Source: Bacteroidales bacterium
GTDB taxonomy: Bacteria; Bacteroidota; Bacteroidia; Bacteroidales; FEN-979
Direction: 5' to 3'
Assembly: GCA_023229525.1 (NCBI GenBank)
Contig: JALNZC010000013.1
Location: forward strand, 17,286-81,285
DNA: 64,000 bases
The position numbers were made by a program, and so were the translations under genes. The notes under the pieces are model-generated. The model was not told where the DNA came from. It ran no database searches and saw only the letters and a program-made list of their open reading frames with translations. Of the stretch, positions 56,501 through 64,000 are shown piece by piece. Each line of letters begins with the position of its first letter. The first letter of the stretch is position 1.

Positions 56501-56741
56501 TTGGATTCCTGATCTCTCTTCCGTCGGATTCCAGGCTGTGTGGGCAGGTTATTATGTGGAACCCCGTATGGTCATTGATACAGAACTTGGACTATTCCTC
56601 GGTTTACGCGGACAGGGATTCATGCTTGGTCAATACCTGGCAAAGATGTATGTCGACCAACTACTGGGAAAAACAGTGCCATCCTATTTCAACAGGCTTA
56701 AACTGAGCGGTGACGGAATGCCGGAGAAAGCGTTTAAGTAA
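53508..56741 (+). CDS. multidomain Fe-S flavoprotein: 2Fe-2S + pyridine-nucleotide-disulfide oxidoreductase + 4Fe-4S ferredoxin + BFD-like 2Fe-2S + DAO-type FAD oxidoreductase
   Basis: 1077 aa. N-terminal CGIGKCGACEMLVDG, a Rossmann motif VAIIGAGPAGLAA with a second VGAGNIGYL, CNPCAFSCP and CIGCMDCVFQCP, CHCDDVT...GMGACRGKRC, and a C-terminal DAO-like GGGIGGSALFRYL. Confidence 0.85.
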   Translation: MYKITKHPILEIAETEKTIFLFEGREITGDKGFTIAAALHQAGYPVHSHSLTNRERSLECGIGKCGACEMLVDGQIKRICITRVDGVKVVSEIPSDYAPSPVNVKKDIPLNIYKTSVAIIGAGPAGLAAREELNKHRIPNLVIDNNDKIGGQFNMQTHQFFFFEKKQKFGGMRGFDIAKMLAGDNHEGIFLNSTVWDILEGGRIAVKNILTDEIFFVDTEYLIVSTGAVPFMPAFENDDLPGVFTAAVVQKMMNNELTLLGKNVLTVGAGNIGYLTSYQLMQAGARVKAIVEALPNEGGFPVQANRVRRLGIPILTSHMLLKAIPNEKHDGIIGAVISECSDFKPIPGTEKVIDGIDAINICTGLVQDDQLLIKGNEIFGRRCFGAGDAIRIGEGTSAVLRGRQAAFDVLQEMGEHFDYDEFLSLSKEYIDSQQHPIRVIQEPYQPSAERMQEKGFVLIDCLYGFACNPCAFSCPHGAITKSSTSTVPEIDFGKCIGCMDCVFQCPGLAIFGYNLKKDWLFLPIEYEVTEKSACYLVDNNGNRLGEGIVEKILRKQNKTNIARVKSLTLHGEGLSKVSGFIVKENFPDPIEYKPYKQETRESTYICHCDDVTLDEILETIGDRKFISVDEVKHTTRLGMGACRGKRCIKRLKSILYGSGISIVGEPTPRGPLSNQVSMGELYPRTVHEKVITGVNGQKPKKVKVKSLIAGGGIGGSALFRYLSEAGQKPVLINSGRGASWRNIAGGRPNFTLPELSEIAVQNHEIFKDLQKIHNIDYRQILYVTFAHDDSMYKSLADSMSWSNARMVEPKDFRKEIAPGINPDLTTYQAAFITRDCWQATPGRVIDLIRRIGINRGGKVEEDCKLIDVNQVEDKYIILVQDHRKQFIEYETGIFINALGPEGEKFARQLNIETGLFPVKHQAFITRRLPMLGKDGMPLPMLIDRRRYKGFTAVYGQQLAETGQIIGCASPAIEPMEADKNIKINSEDFVEIVAEIFTNWIPDLSSVGFQAVWAGYYVEPRMVIDTELGLFLGLRGQGFMLGQYLAKMYVDQLLGKTVPSYFNRLKLSGDGMPEKAFK

Positions 56742-56743
56742 AA

Positions 56744-56881
56744 GATGCAGGATGCAGGATACAGGATGCAGGATTTTGGATGCTAGATGCTGGATACTGG
56801 ATGATGGATACTGGATAACGAACGGTTGTCAGAAAGGATTAACTCTATCCTGTATCCTGTATCCTGTATCCTGTATCCTCT
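56744..56881. repeat. inverted heptamer arrays: (GATRCWG) x11 - 26-nt spacer - (ATCCTGT) x5
   Basis: In-phase units run from 56744 to 56820, and the opposite-orientation array from 56847 to 56881. Together they fill the spacer between convergent stops at 56741 and 56888 and can pair as a long hairpin. Confidence 0.9.
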
Positions 56882-56887
56882 ATAGGT

Positions 56888-57799
56888 TTATCCCCTAACG
56901 AATAACGCCTTTATAATGTGTGTTGCCATTTTTGGATTTTCTTTCAACCTGCGGGTAGAATAACCAAACCACTTTTTGCCGAAAGGTACGTATACCCTCA
57001 TGATATGTCCCTTGTCAACGATTGACTTCCGCAATTCCGGGGTGACGCCATAAAGCATCTGAAATTCGCACCTCTCTTTCGGAATCCCATATTTTTCGAT
57101 AAGACGATAAGCTCCTTCAACCAATGTTTTATCGTGGGTGGCAATGCCGGGGAATATGCCCTCGCTGAACATGTATTCAAGGTCATCCAGGTAATGGGCG
57201 TTGATTTCCTGGTATTTTTTCCAGGCAATCGTTTCGGACTCCACATAGATGCCTTTGCAGAGTCTGAAATTCAGGGGAATTTCATGGGAATGAAGATCAT
57301 GAAGATCCTGCAAATCTTTCAATGTTCTTTTAAGATAAGCCTGTACAACCAGCCCCACATTTTTTGGAAATTCCCGGTGCAGTTTTCTGAACAATTCAAT
57401 TTCCCGGTCAGTACACTGTGAATCTTCCATATCGATCCTGATGAAATTATTGTGACCAGCGGTTTTCTCCACGATCTCACGAATGTTTTGATAACAGATT
57501 TCCGTATCGATCAGCAAACCGAAACTGGTTGGTTTAAGAGAATAATTGGCATCAATTTTTTCTTTCTCGATCCGGTCGATAATCTCGAGATATGCTTTTT
57601 TATTTTCTGAGGCCTCATCCAATCTGGTGATAAATTCTCCCAACAGATCAATTGTTGCCTTTATTTTCTTTTCATTTAACTCACGGCAGGCACGAATGGC
57701 ATCTTCAATGGTTTCACCGGCGATATATTTACGGGAAAAGATCCAAACCAGTTTTTCAGGCATGAAGGGAAGCAGGAGTGTGATGAATCGGTTAAACAT
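56888..57799 (-). CDS. proline dehydrogenase (monofunctional Pro_dh family)
   Basis: 303 aa with a Pro_dh TIM-barrel-type sequence (YIAGETIEDAI ... ATIDLLGEF ... LVVQAYLKRT ... ATHD...). Confidence 0.85.
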   Translation of the reverse strand: MFNRFITLLLPFMPEKLVWIFSRKYIAGETIEDAIRACRELNEKKIKATIDLLGEFITRLDEASENKKAYLEIIDRIEKEKIDANYSLKPTSFGLLIDTEICYQNIREIVEKTAGHNNFIRIDMEDSQCTDREIELFRKLHREFPKNVGLVVQAYLKRTLKDLQDLHDLHSHEIPLNFRLCKGIYVESETIAWKKYQEINAHYLDDLEYMFSEGIFPGIATHDKTLVEGAYRLIEKYGIPKERCEFQMLYGVTPELRKSIVDKGHIMRVYVPFGKKWFGYSTRRLKENPKMATHIIKALFVRG

Positions 57800-57833
57800 A
57801 AGTATATACCATTTAGTGGTTTAATCATTTCAG

Positions 57834-57841
57834 CAAAGGTA
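57834..57841 (-). promoter_or_regulatory. possible -7 box (TACCTTTG on minus strand) for proline dehydrogenase
   Basis: CAAAGGTA is the reverse complement of TAnnTTTG, 35 nt upstream of the ATG at 57799. Confidence 0.3.
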
Positions 57842-57879
57842 AAGGGAAATAGTTATTTGGGAATCACCAAATTAATTTT

Positions 57880-57887
57880 TAATTTTG
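57880..57887 (+). promoter_or_regulatory. possible -7 box (TAATTTTG) for the yceD-rpmF-plsX-fabH cluster
   Basis: Exact TAnnTTTG match 20 nt upstream of the TTG start at 57907. Confidence 0.3.
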
Positions 57888-57906
57888 CAGCCTTTTTCAT
57901 GGGAAG

Positions 57907-58437
57907 TTGAATTACGCAGGGCAATATGAAATTTTGTTCAGTGGTTTGAAGCTGGGCAGGTTTACTTTTGATTTTCAAATTGATCAAAAGTTCTTTGAAC
58001 ATTTTGATAATGCCGAAATAAAAGATGGCCGGGTCGGTGTTACTGTCACTATGAACCGGGAAGAGCGCATGATGGACCTTCATTTTGCAATCGAAGGCAC
58101 AGTTAAGGTTCCATGCGACCGATGTAATGAATTGATCGATATCGGCATCGACGGTGAGGAAAGGTTGATTATCAAGCTGGGCGACCGTTATTACGAAGAG
58201 AGTGACAACGTACAGATCATACCTGAAACGGATCAAAAAATTGACCTGGGCCCTTTTATTTATGAGTATATTTACCTGCTGATACCGTTCCGTAAAGTTC
58301 ATCCGGATGATGAATACGGAAACAGTATGTGTGACCCGGAGATAATAATGAAGTTGAAAGAGCTGAGTGAAAGGCACATCCCCGATCCGCGTTGGGAAGC
58401 GCTCAACCAGCTTAAAAATCTAAAATCTAAAATCTAA
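57907..58437 (+). CDS. yceD: YceD/DUF177-family protein, TTG start
   Basis: 176 aa with a Cys pair CDRCNE and a conserved position upstream of rpmF-plsX-fabH. The last approx. 8 codons (LKNLKSKI plus the stop) are encoded by the heptamer array. Confidence 0.75.
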   Translation: MNYAGQYEILFSGLKLGRFTFDFQIDQKFFEHFDNAEIKDGRVGVTVTMNREERMMDLHFAIEGTVKVPCDRCNELIDIGIDGEERLIIKLGDRYYEESDNVQIIPETDQKIDLGPFIYEYIYLLIPFRKVHPDDEYGNSMCDPEIIMKLKELSERHIPDPRWEALNQLKNLKSKI

Positions 58438-58448
58438 AATCGTAAATT
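58414..58448. repeat. 7-bp tandem array (TAAAATC-type) x5
   Basis: Read as aaaaatc taaaatc taaaatc taaaatc gtaaatt. This is the reverse complement of the GATTTWM family at 53297-53331. Confidence 0.9.
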
Positions 58449-58456
58449 TTTTCATT

Positions 58457-58642
58457 ATGCCACATCCAAAACACAAAATTTCCACTACCCGCAGAGATAA
58501 ACGCAGAACCCACGACAAAGCCATAGCCCGTGCCACCATCGTTTGTTCCAATTGCGGCGCTCCTGTTCTGTATCACCGGGTTTGTGGAGAATGCGGTTAT
58601 TACCGCGGAAAACAAGCCATCGTGAAGGCAACTACCGAATAG
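58457..58642 (+). CDS. rpmF: 50S ribosomal protein L32
   Basis: 61 aa beginning MPHPKHKISTTRRDKRRTH, with a CxxC...CxxC zinc ribbon. Confidence 0.95.
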   Translation: MPHPKHKISTTRRDKRRTHDKAIARATIVCSNCGAPVLYHRVCGECGYYRGKQAIVKATTE

Positions 58643-58669
58643 TTTTTAGTTCAACCCAAAGCATAGCCA

Positions 58670-59629
58670 ATGAAAATCGGCCTCGATGTTTCAGGGGGTG
58701 ACTTTGCACCAAAAGCCACACTAAATGGAGCCATCATGGCTCTGAAGGAACTCCCCCAATCCGACAAAATCGTATTGATTGGTGATAAGGAGATCATTCT
58801 TTCCTATCTTAAAGAAGAAAAGGTCAATCCTTCGGAGTTTGAAATTGTTGATGCCCCCGATGTCATTGAGATGGATGAACAACCCACCAAGGCATTGGTT
58901 AACAAGCCGGATTCAAGTATTTCGGTAGGGTTCCGCCTGCTCAAACACAAGGAAGTCCAAGCTTTTGCCAGTGCGGGCAGCAGTGGAGCCATGCTGGTCG
59001 GTTCGATTTATAGTGTGAATACCATTCAGGGGGTCATACGGCCCAGTACACCTGCATATATCCCGAAGGAAAACGGCGGATCGACAGTACTCATTGATGT
59101 AGGGACAAACCCCGATGCCAAACCAGACGTCATGTACCAATTCGGATTGCTGGGTTCCCTATTTGCAGAACATGTGTTTCATGTTAAAAAACCGCGCGTA
59201 GGATTGCTGAACATCGGCTCCGAGGAAAAAAAAGGCAGCCTTACTACCCAGAGCGCTTTTCAACTGATGAAAGATTCGAAGGATTTCCATTTTGTTGGTA
59301 ATGTGGAAGGCCGTGAGTTGTTCCGCGACAATGTGGATGTCATTGTTTGCGACGGGTTTGTCGGAAACATTGTCCTCAAACAGGTGGAAGCCATGTACCG
59401 CGTCCTTGTGAAAAGGGGTATCAGGGATACTTACCTCGACCGTTTCAATTATGAAACTTATGGAGGGACCCCGATTCTGGGTATCAATTCCACGGTACTT
59501 GTGGGTCACGGAATTTCCAATGGAAATGCTGTCCGTCGCATGATTTTAATGGCAAAGGAGGTGCATGAAGCAAAACTTTCCCAAAAGATCAAGCACGCGC
59601 TTGAGCCTTATTCTCTTATCAACATTTAA
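58670..59629 (+). CDS. plsX: phosphate acyltransferase PlsX
   Basis: 319 aa. Sequence MKIGLDVSGGDFAP ... GNVEGRE ... DGFVGNIVLK is typical of PlsX, and it sits between rpmF and fabH. Confidence 0.95.
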   Translation: MKIGLDVSGGDFAPKATLNGAIMALKELPQSDKIVLIGDKEIILSYLKEEKVNPSEFEIVDAPDVIEMDEQPTKALVNKPDSSISVGFRLLKHKEVQAFASAGSSGAMLVGSIYSVNTIQGVIRPSTPAYIPKENGGSTVLIDVGTNPDAKPDVMYQFGLLGSLFAEHVFHVKKPRVGLLNIGSEEKKGSLTTQSAFQLMKDSKDFHFVGNVEGRELFRDNVDVIVCDGFVGNIVLKQVEAMYRVLVKRGIRDTYLDRFNYETYGGTPILGINSTVLVGHGISNGNAVRRMILMAKEVHEAKLSQKIKHALEPYSLINI

Positions 59630-59635
59630 TCAATC

Positions 59636-60625
59636 ATGTCAAGAATCAGAGCCAAGATATCAGGGATTCATGCCTGGGTTCCCCCTTACATACTGACCAA
59701 TAAGGAACTGGAATCCATGGTGGAAACCACCGATGAGTGGATCGTAACACGAACAGGTATCCGCGAACGTCACATTCAGAAAGGGGAAGGGTTGGGGACG
59801 TCGGATATGGGCGTTGAAGCAGTTCGGGGATTACTCGAAAAAACAGGGACCAGGCCGGAAGAAATTGATATGGTGATCTGTGCAACAGTAACCCCGGATA
59901 TGGTTTTCCCGGCGACAGCCAATATCATCAGTGACAAGGCAGGAATTAAAAACGCATTCAGCTACGATCTCAATGCAGCCTGCTCAGGGTTGCTTTATGC
60001 AGTGGTCACCGCTTCAAAATTCATTGAGACCGGCACTTGTAAGAAAATTGTGGTTGTCGGCGCCGATAAAATGTCATCCATCACGGATTATTCCAACCGT
60101 GAAACCTGCGTATTGTTTGGTGATGCTGCTGGCGCCATGCTGCTCGAACCGACTACGGAAGACATCGGGATCATGGATTCCATTATGCAGACCGACGGAT
60201 TCGGAAGGGTACATCTGCATATGAAAGCCGGTGGATCGCTTAGGCCCTCCTCTCATGAAACGGTTGATGCCAAAGAACATTTCGTTTATCAGGAGGGACA
60301 ACCGGTATTTAAATTCGCCGTGACAAAAATGGCCGATGTAGCTGCAGAGATCATGGAACGCAACAACCTCACCGGCGAAGATATTTCTTTCCTGGTCCCT
60401 CACCAGGCGAACCTGCGGATCATCGAAGCCACGGCCCGCCGTATGGGCATTGGTAAAGACCAGGTGACGATCAACATCGAAAGGTACGGCAATACCACCT
60501 CAGCCACCATTCCACTTTGCCTCTGGGAATGGGAAAACAAACTCAAAAAAGGCGACAACATCATCCTCGCTGCCTTTGGCGGAGGATTCACCTGGGGTAG
60601 TATCTGGGTGAAGTGGGCCTACTAG
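59636..60625 (+). CDS. fabH: beta-ketoacyl-ACP synthase III
   Basis: 329 aa with catalytic triad contexts [19 protein letters not shown] and [10 protein letters not shown]. Confidence 0.95.
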   Translation: MSRIRAKISGIHAWVPPYILTNKELESMVETTDEWIVTRTGIRERHIQKGEGLGTSDMGVEAVRGLLEKTGTRPEEIDMVICATVTPDMVFPATANIISDKAGIKNAFSYDLNAACSGLLYAVVTASKFIETGTCKKIVVVGADKMSSITDYSNRETCVLFGDAAGAMLLEPTTEDIGIMDSIMQTDGFGRVHLHMKAGGSLRPSSHETVDAKEHFVYQEGQPVFKFAVTKMADVAAEIMERNNLTGEDISFLVPHQANLRIIEATARRMGIGKDQVTINIERYGNTTSATIPLCLWEWENKLKKGDNIILAAFGGGFTWGSIWVKWAY

Positions 60626-60715
60626 ATGCCGGATGCTGGATACAGGATACAGGATGCAGGATACTGGATAACAGATTACAGAAAAATCGTAAATCGTAAA
60701 TTGTAAATCGTAAAT
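60625..60715. repeat. 13 in-phase heptamers grading from GATRCWG to CGTAAAT
   Basis: Read as gatgccg gatgctg gatacag gatacag gatgcag gatactg gataaca gattaca gaaaaat cgtaaat cgtaaat tgtaaat cgtaaat. The first unit shares its G with the fabH stop codon. Confidence 0.9.
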
Positions 60716-60736
60716 CAAACTACAATACCTCCCGTC

Positions 60737-63700
60737 ATGAAATTACCATTCGCCTTCTTGTTATTCTTTCTTTACCTTGCCTTCTCTTCTGCTGATGCAC
60801 AGGTAGTTCAGACTGCAAAAAATGATGAGCTATCGGTTTCATCCCTGTTTTCGGGGAAGACCGAACGGTATTTCCGCTTTCTTATCCATGATAAAAAGGA
60901 AATAGGCAAACTGACCAAAATTATCCCGATCGATAATGTAAAAGGTGATACCGTATGGGCTTATGCCAACCGAAAACAATTTGCTGCGTTCGTAACCCTG
61001 GGATATGATTATAAAATATTACCCAATCCGGGTGAACTCATTCATCCGCTGATGGTCAATAAAATCAATTTAAAAGACCGCAACAATTGGGATTATTATC
61101 CAACCTATACTGCTTATCTCGATCTGATGAGCCAGTTCCAGGCAAATTATCCTGCCTTATGTAAAATTGATACTATCGGCGTAACAACCGACGGTCGTTT
61201 ACTTCTTGCAGCCAAAATTTCCGACAATGTCAACACAGATGAAGGTGAACCGGAGTTTTTGTATACTTCCTCCATGCATGGGGACGAGACCACGGGATAT
61301 GTACTGATGCTGCATCTGATGGATTACCTATTAACGAATTATGGCATCGACAGCCGGGTAACAAACATGGTGAACAATACGGAAATCTGGATCAATCCCC
61401 TGGCCAATCCCGACGGCACTTACATGGGTGGCAATAACACTGTATTCGGGGCCACCCGGGGCAATGCCAATGGGGTGGATCTGAACCGCAACTATCCTGA
61501 TCCGGAAGACGGACCCCATCCCGACGGTGAAGTCTGGCAGGCAGAAACCCAGGCATTCATGAATTTTGCCGGCCTTCATCATTTTGTAATGTCTGCCAAC
61601 TTTCACGGAGGTGCCGAGGTATTCAACTACCCGTGGGATACCTGGGCAAAATTGCATCCTGATAATAACTGGTGGATTTTTACAGGCCGCCAATTTGCCG
61701 ATACTGTGCATGTGCATAGCGGAGGAGGATATATGACCGATCTGAACAATGGGATCACCAATGGTTATGCCTGGTATGAAGTAAACGGAGGGAGACAGGA
61801 TTACATGAACTATTTTTGGCATTGCCGCGAAGTGACCATTGAGTTGTCGAGTACAAAAATATTACCGGCAAACCAATTGGTTAGCCACTGGAACTATAAT
61901 TACCGCTCATTCCTGAACTATATCGACCAATCCCGATATGGTATCCAGGGTGTGGTGACCGATTCTCTTACTGGGAACCCTTTACACGCCCAAGTGTTTA
62001 TTGTGGGTCATGATTTCGACAGTTCGCAGGTGTATTCATCGGCTTTGAATGGCGATTATCATCGTCCGATCAAGACTGGAAACTATACACTTACCTTTTC
62101 AGCTTCCTGTTATCATCCGAAAACAATTCAAAACGTTAGTGTTACTGACCTGAGTACCACTGTTTTAAATGTTCAGCTTCAATCCTTCGGAGGCCTTAAC
62201 CCGGATTTCACAGCAAATAAAGTAAACGTAACCTTTGGTGAACCGGTACATTTTACCGATTTGTCATGTGGCAGCCCGGTGAGCTGGGAGTGGATCTTTG
62301 AGGGTGGAACCCCTGCTACCTCAACCGATCCGAATCCAGTTGTGAATTATTCCGCTGCAGGCACCTATGATGTTTCACTTACCATTTCGGATGGTGTTAA
62401 CGCTCAATCCTTGCTGAAACAGGATTACATAACGGTTGCACAGAATATAATCATGGCCAATGGTTCCATCACTACCTGTACCGGAAATTTTTTCGATTCG
62501 GGGGGGCCCGACAACAATTACAGCAACAACGAAAATAAAGTGATGACCATCAATGCTGCTACACCGGGGGCTATGCTCAAGGTCTCGTTTTCTCAATTTG
62601 AAACCGAGAGTGAATATGATTATCTATATATTTACAATGGAACTACGGTAACTGCACCCCAGATTACCGGCAGCCCTTTCAGCGGGACGACAAACCCTGG
62701 TGTTATTACTGCTTCAAATGCAAGCGGGGCGCTTACTTTTAAATTCACTTCGGATGGTTCGGTCACAAAAACCGGATGGGAAGCTACCATTGAGTGTGAA
62801 GGAGGTTCCATTGGCCATGTCATCAGTGGTACCATTACCTATCCCAATACCGGAAACACCCCGATGAATAATATTCCGGTTAAGCTCAAGAATGCGTCCG
62901 GGACAGTGATTGCCACTGTCGCTACGAATGTATCCGGGAGCTATTCTTTCACGGAGGTAACCGATGGTAACTATACCCTTGAGGCGTCCACGGATAAGCC
63001 CTGGGAAGGTGTTACCGCAGGAGATGTTTTATTGTTCAGAAAACATATCGCAAATATCGCTCCATTATACGGGATCTATCTGGCTTGCGGTGATGTGAAC
63101 GGCAGCGGTTCCCTTACGGCAAGCGATGTCCTGTTGATCAAAAAAAGAATTATTACCCTTATTAATTCATTCCCTGTTGGGGATTGGCTCTTTAATAATC
63201 TGCCTGTTATCGTTAACGGTAATGATGTGACCCAGAATTTTAACGGAATAATTTATGGTGATGCCAATGCTTCCTATATCTGGACAAATGCGGATACCCC
63301 CGGTCTTACTACCGATCCTTTGAATCTGGTAAAATCCAATACGGGATCAACCATTACCCTCGGATCAGCAAATGTTGCAACTCAGGGTCAGGTCATATTA
63401 CCCCTGAATGTGTCCTCGATCCAAAACCTCGGCGCATTCCAGTTCAGCATTCAATATGATCCCACAAAATTATCGTTTGTTGAAGCCACCCACTGGTATC
63501 CGGGAATTGATGAAGTATTGGTCGCCAATCCTCAACCCGGTAGCGTGACATTCATCTGGGCTGCCGATGTTCAGGGAATTTCCATTTCCGGAGATCGCTT
63601 ATGCCAACTTGTTTTTAATCCGGTCTCAACCGGAAGACCGGAAATTTCCTGGTCCGGTAATCCCATCCCTTGCGAATGGTATGATTTTGATGTGAATAAG

Positions 63701-64000
63701 CTGGAGATCGGTATGCTGAAAACTACTGTCGATAACGAAACGGGGATGAATGACCAGATGGAGGATGACGTTCGGATCTATCCCAATCCAGGAGCCGGTA
63801 TGTTTACTTTATCCCTGAAAACTCCCGGAAACACTAACGCAGAAATTGTTGTTTATAATGCCCTTGGCCTTCAGGTAGCCCGTCTAATTGCTACTGATTT
63901 TAGCAAGCCGGAGACAACACAGATCAACCTCAGTGATTTACCCAACGGCGTTTATTTTCTGCAGATCCAGACAGAAAGGGGAAAGATTACGAGAAAAGTG
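60737..64000 (+). CDS. secreted multidomain M14 zinc carboxypeptidase (M14 + PKD + CUB + CarboxypepD_reg-like + dockerin-like + cohesin-like + T9SS C-terminal domain), 3' end at window edge
   Basis: Not in the ORF track because no stop occurs in the window. My translation from the ATG at 60737 stays open for 1088 codons. Signal peptide, zinc motifs SSMHGDETTG and NFHGGAEV, PKD (VHFTDLS...GTYDVSLTISDG), CUB-like (CTGNFFDSGGPDNNY...YLYIYNG), GDVNGSGSLTASDVLLIKK, FQFSIQYDPTKLSFVEA and a terminal RIYPNPGAGMFTL...NGVYFLQIQTERG. Confidence 0.85.
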   Translation, partial: MKLPFAFLLFFLYLAFSSADAQVVQTAKNDELSVSSLFSGKTERYFRFLIHDKKEIGKLTKIIPIDNVKGDTVWAYANRKQFAAFVTLGYDYKILPNPGELIHPLMVNKINLKDRNNWDYYPTYTAYLDLMSQFQANYPALCKIDTIGVTTDGRLLLAAKISDNVNTDEGEPEFLYTSSMHGDETTGYVLMLHLMDYLLTNYGIDSRVTNMVNNTEIWINPLANPDGTYMGGNNTVFGATRGNANGVDLNRNYPDPEDGPHPDGEVWQAETQAFMNFAGLHHFVMSANFHGGAEVFNYPWDTWAKLHPDNNWWIFTGRQFADTVHVHSGGGYMTDLNNGITNGYAWYEVNGGRQDYMNYFWHCREVTIELSSTKILPANQLVSHWNYNYRSFLNYIDQSRYGIQGVVTDSLTGNPLHAQVFIVGHDFDSSQVYSSALNGDYHRPIKTGNYTLTFSASCYHPKTIQNVSVTDLSTTVLNVQLQSFGGLNPDFTANKVNVTFGEPVHFTDLSCGSPVSWEWIFEGGTPATSTDPNPVVNYSAAGTYDVSLTISDGVNAQSLLKQDYITVAQNIIMANGSITTCTGNFFDSGGPDNNYSNNENKVMTINAATPGAMLKVSFSQFETESEYDYLYIYNGTTVTAPQITGSPFSGTTNPGVITASNASGALTFKFTSDGSVTKTGWEATIECEGGSIGHVISGTITYPNTGNTPMNNIPVKLKNASGTVIATVATNVSGSYSFTEVTDGNYTLEASTDKPWEGVTAGDVLLFRKHIANIAPLYGIYLACGDVNGSGSLTASDVLLIKKRIITLINSFPVGDWLFNNLPVIVNGNDVTQNFNGIIYGDANASYIWTNADTPGLTTDPLNLVKSNTGSTITLGSANVATQGQVILPLNVSSIQNLGAFQFSIQYDPTKLSFVEATHWYPGIDEVLVANPQPGSVTFIWAADVQGISISGDRLCQLVFNPVSTGRPEISWSGNPIPCEWYDFDVNKLEIGMLKTTVDNETGMNDQMEDDVRIYPNPGAGMFTLSLKTPGNTNAEIVVYNALGLQVARLIATDFSKPETTQINLSDLPNGVYFLQIQTERGKITRKV

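Noticed and set aside
56710-56898. 62-aa ORF over the inverted heptamer arrays, and the similar 72-aa ORF at 60500..60718
   Set aside because: They are repeat-derived periodic peptides (CRILDARCWILDDGYW; YPVSCILYPVS). They overlap the ends of well-supported genes.
53297-60715. CRISPR interpretation of the short tandem arrays
   Set aside because: The units are 7-8 bp and directly abutting, with no unique spacers of 25-40 bp. No cas genes are in the window.
61331-61822. 163-aa minus-strand ORF (plus 62375..62596 and 62632..62835)
   Set aside because: They lie antisense to the uninterrupted 1088-codon carboxypeptidase frame, which contains clear M14, PKD and CUB motifs.

Overview
This 64-kb chromosomal segment looks like Bacteroidota. 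Supporting signs are TAnnTTTG-type promoter boxes, a T9SS C-terminal sorting domain, DUF4270 and a naturally fused CcsBA. That assignment is an inference. Bases 1-24.3 kb are dominated by envelope export. They hold a TolC/MacA/MacB-like ABC efflux operon with its own OmpR-type two-component system, a TetR-controlled TolC/adaptor/RND operon, and a TetR-controlled FtsX/FtsX/ATPase exporter with a LolA-like protein and an orphan beta-barrel. Bases 24.4-30.2 kb carry small accessory genes: DUF1304, an SRPBCC protein, an IpdC-like TPP decarboxylase, a decayed GH3 remnant, an MBL hydrolase, a TonB_C protein, a monohaem lipoprotein and a DUF1566 protein. The standout region is 30.6-45.2 kb. It is a compact island encoding four multihaem c-type cytochromes with about 9, 5, 4 and 12 haem motifs. 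It also encodes a 655-aa outer-membrane beta-barrel, two NHL beta-propeller proteins (one frameshifted), a histidine kinase with a CXXCH motif in its periplasmic sensor, a sigma-54-dependent response regulator, and a divergent fused CcsBA haem-attachment gene. I interpret it as a candidate porin-cytochrome or cytochrome-filament-like extracellular electron-transfer system. It is bounded on the right by a catalytic-domain-less serine recombinase remnant that abuts glmS. Bases 46.4-64 kb are housekeeping (glmS, yceD-rpmF-plsX-fabH) plus three notable items: a 1077-aa four-module Fe-S/flavin oxidoreductase fusion next to proline dehydrogenase, a multidomain M14 carboxypeptidase, and a family of in-phase 7-bp and 8-bp tandem arrays that fill several intergenic spacers. 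All coordinates of small motifs were counted by hand. No database search or composition statistic was run.
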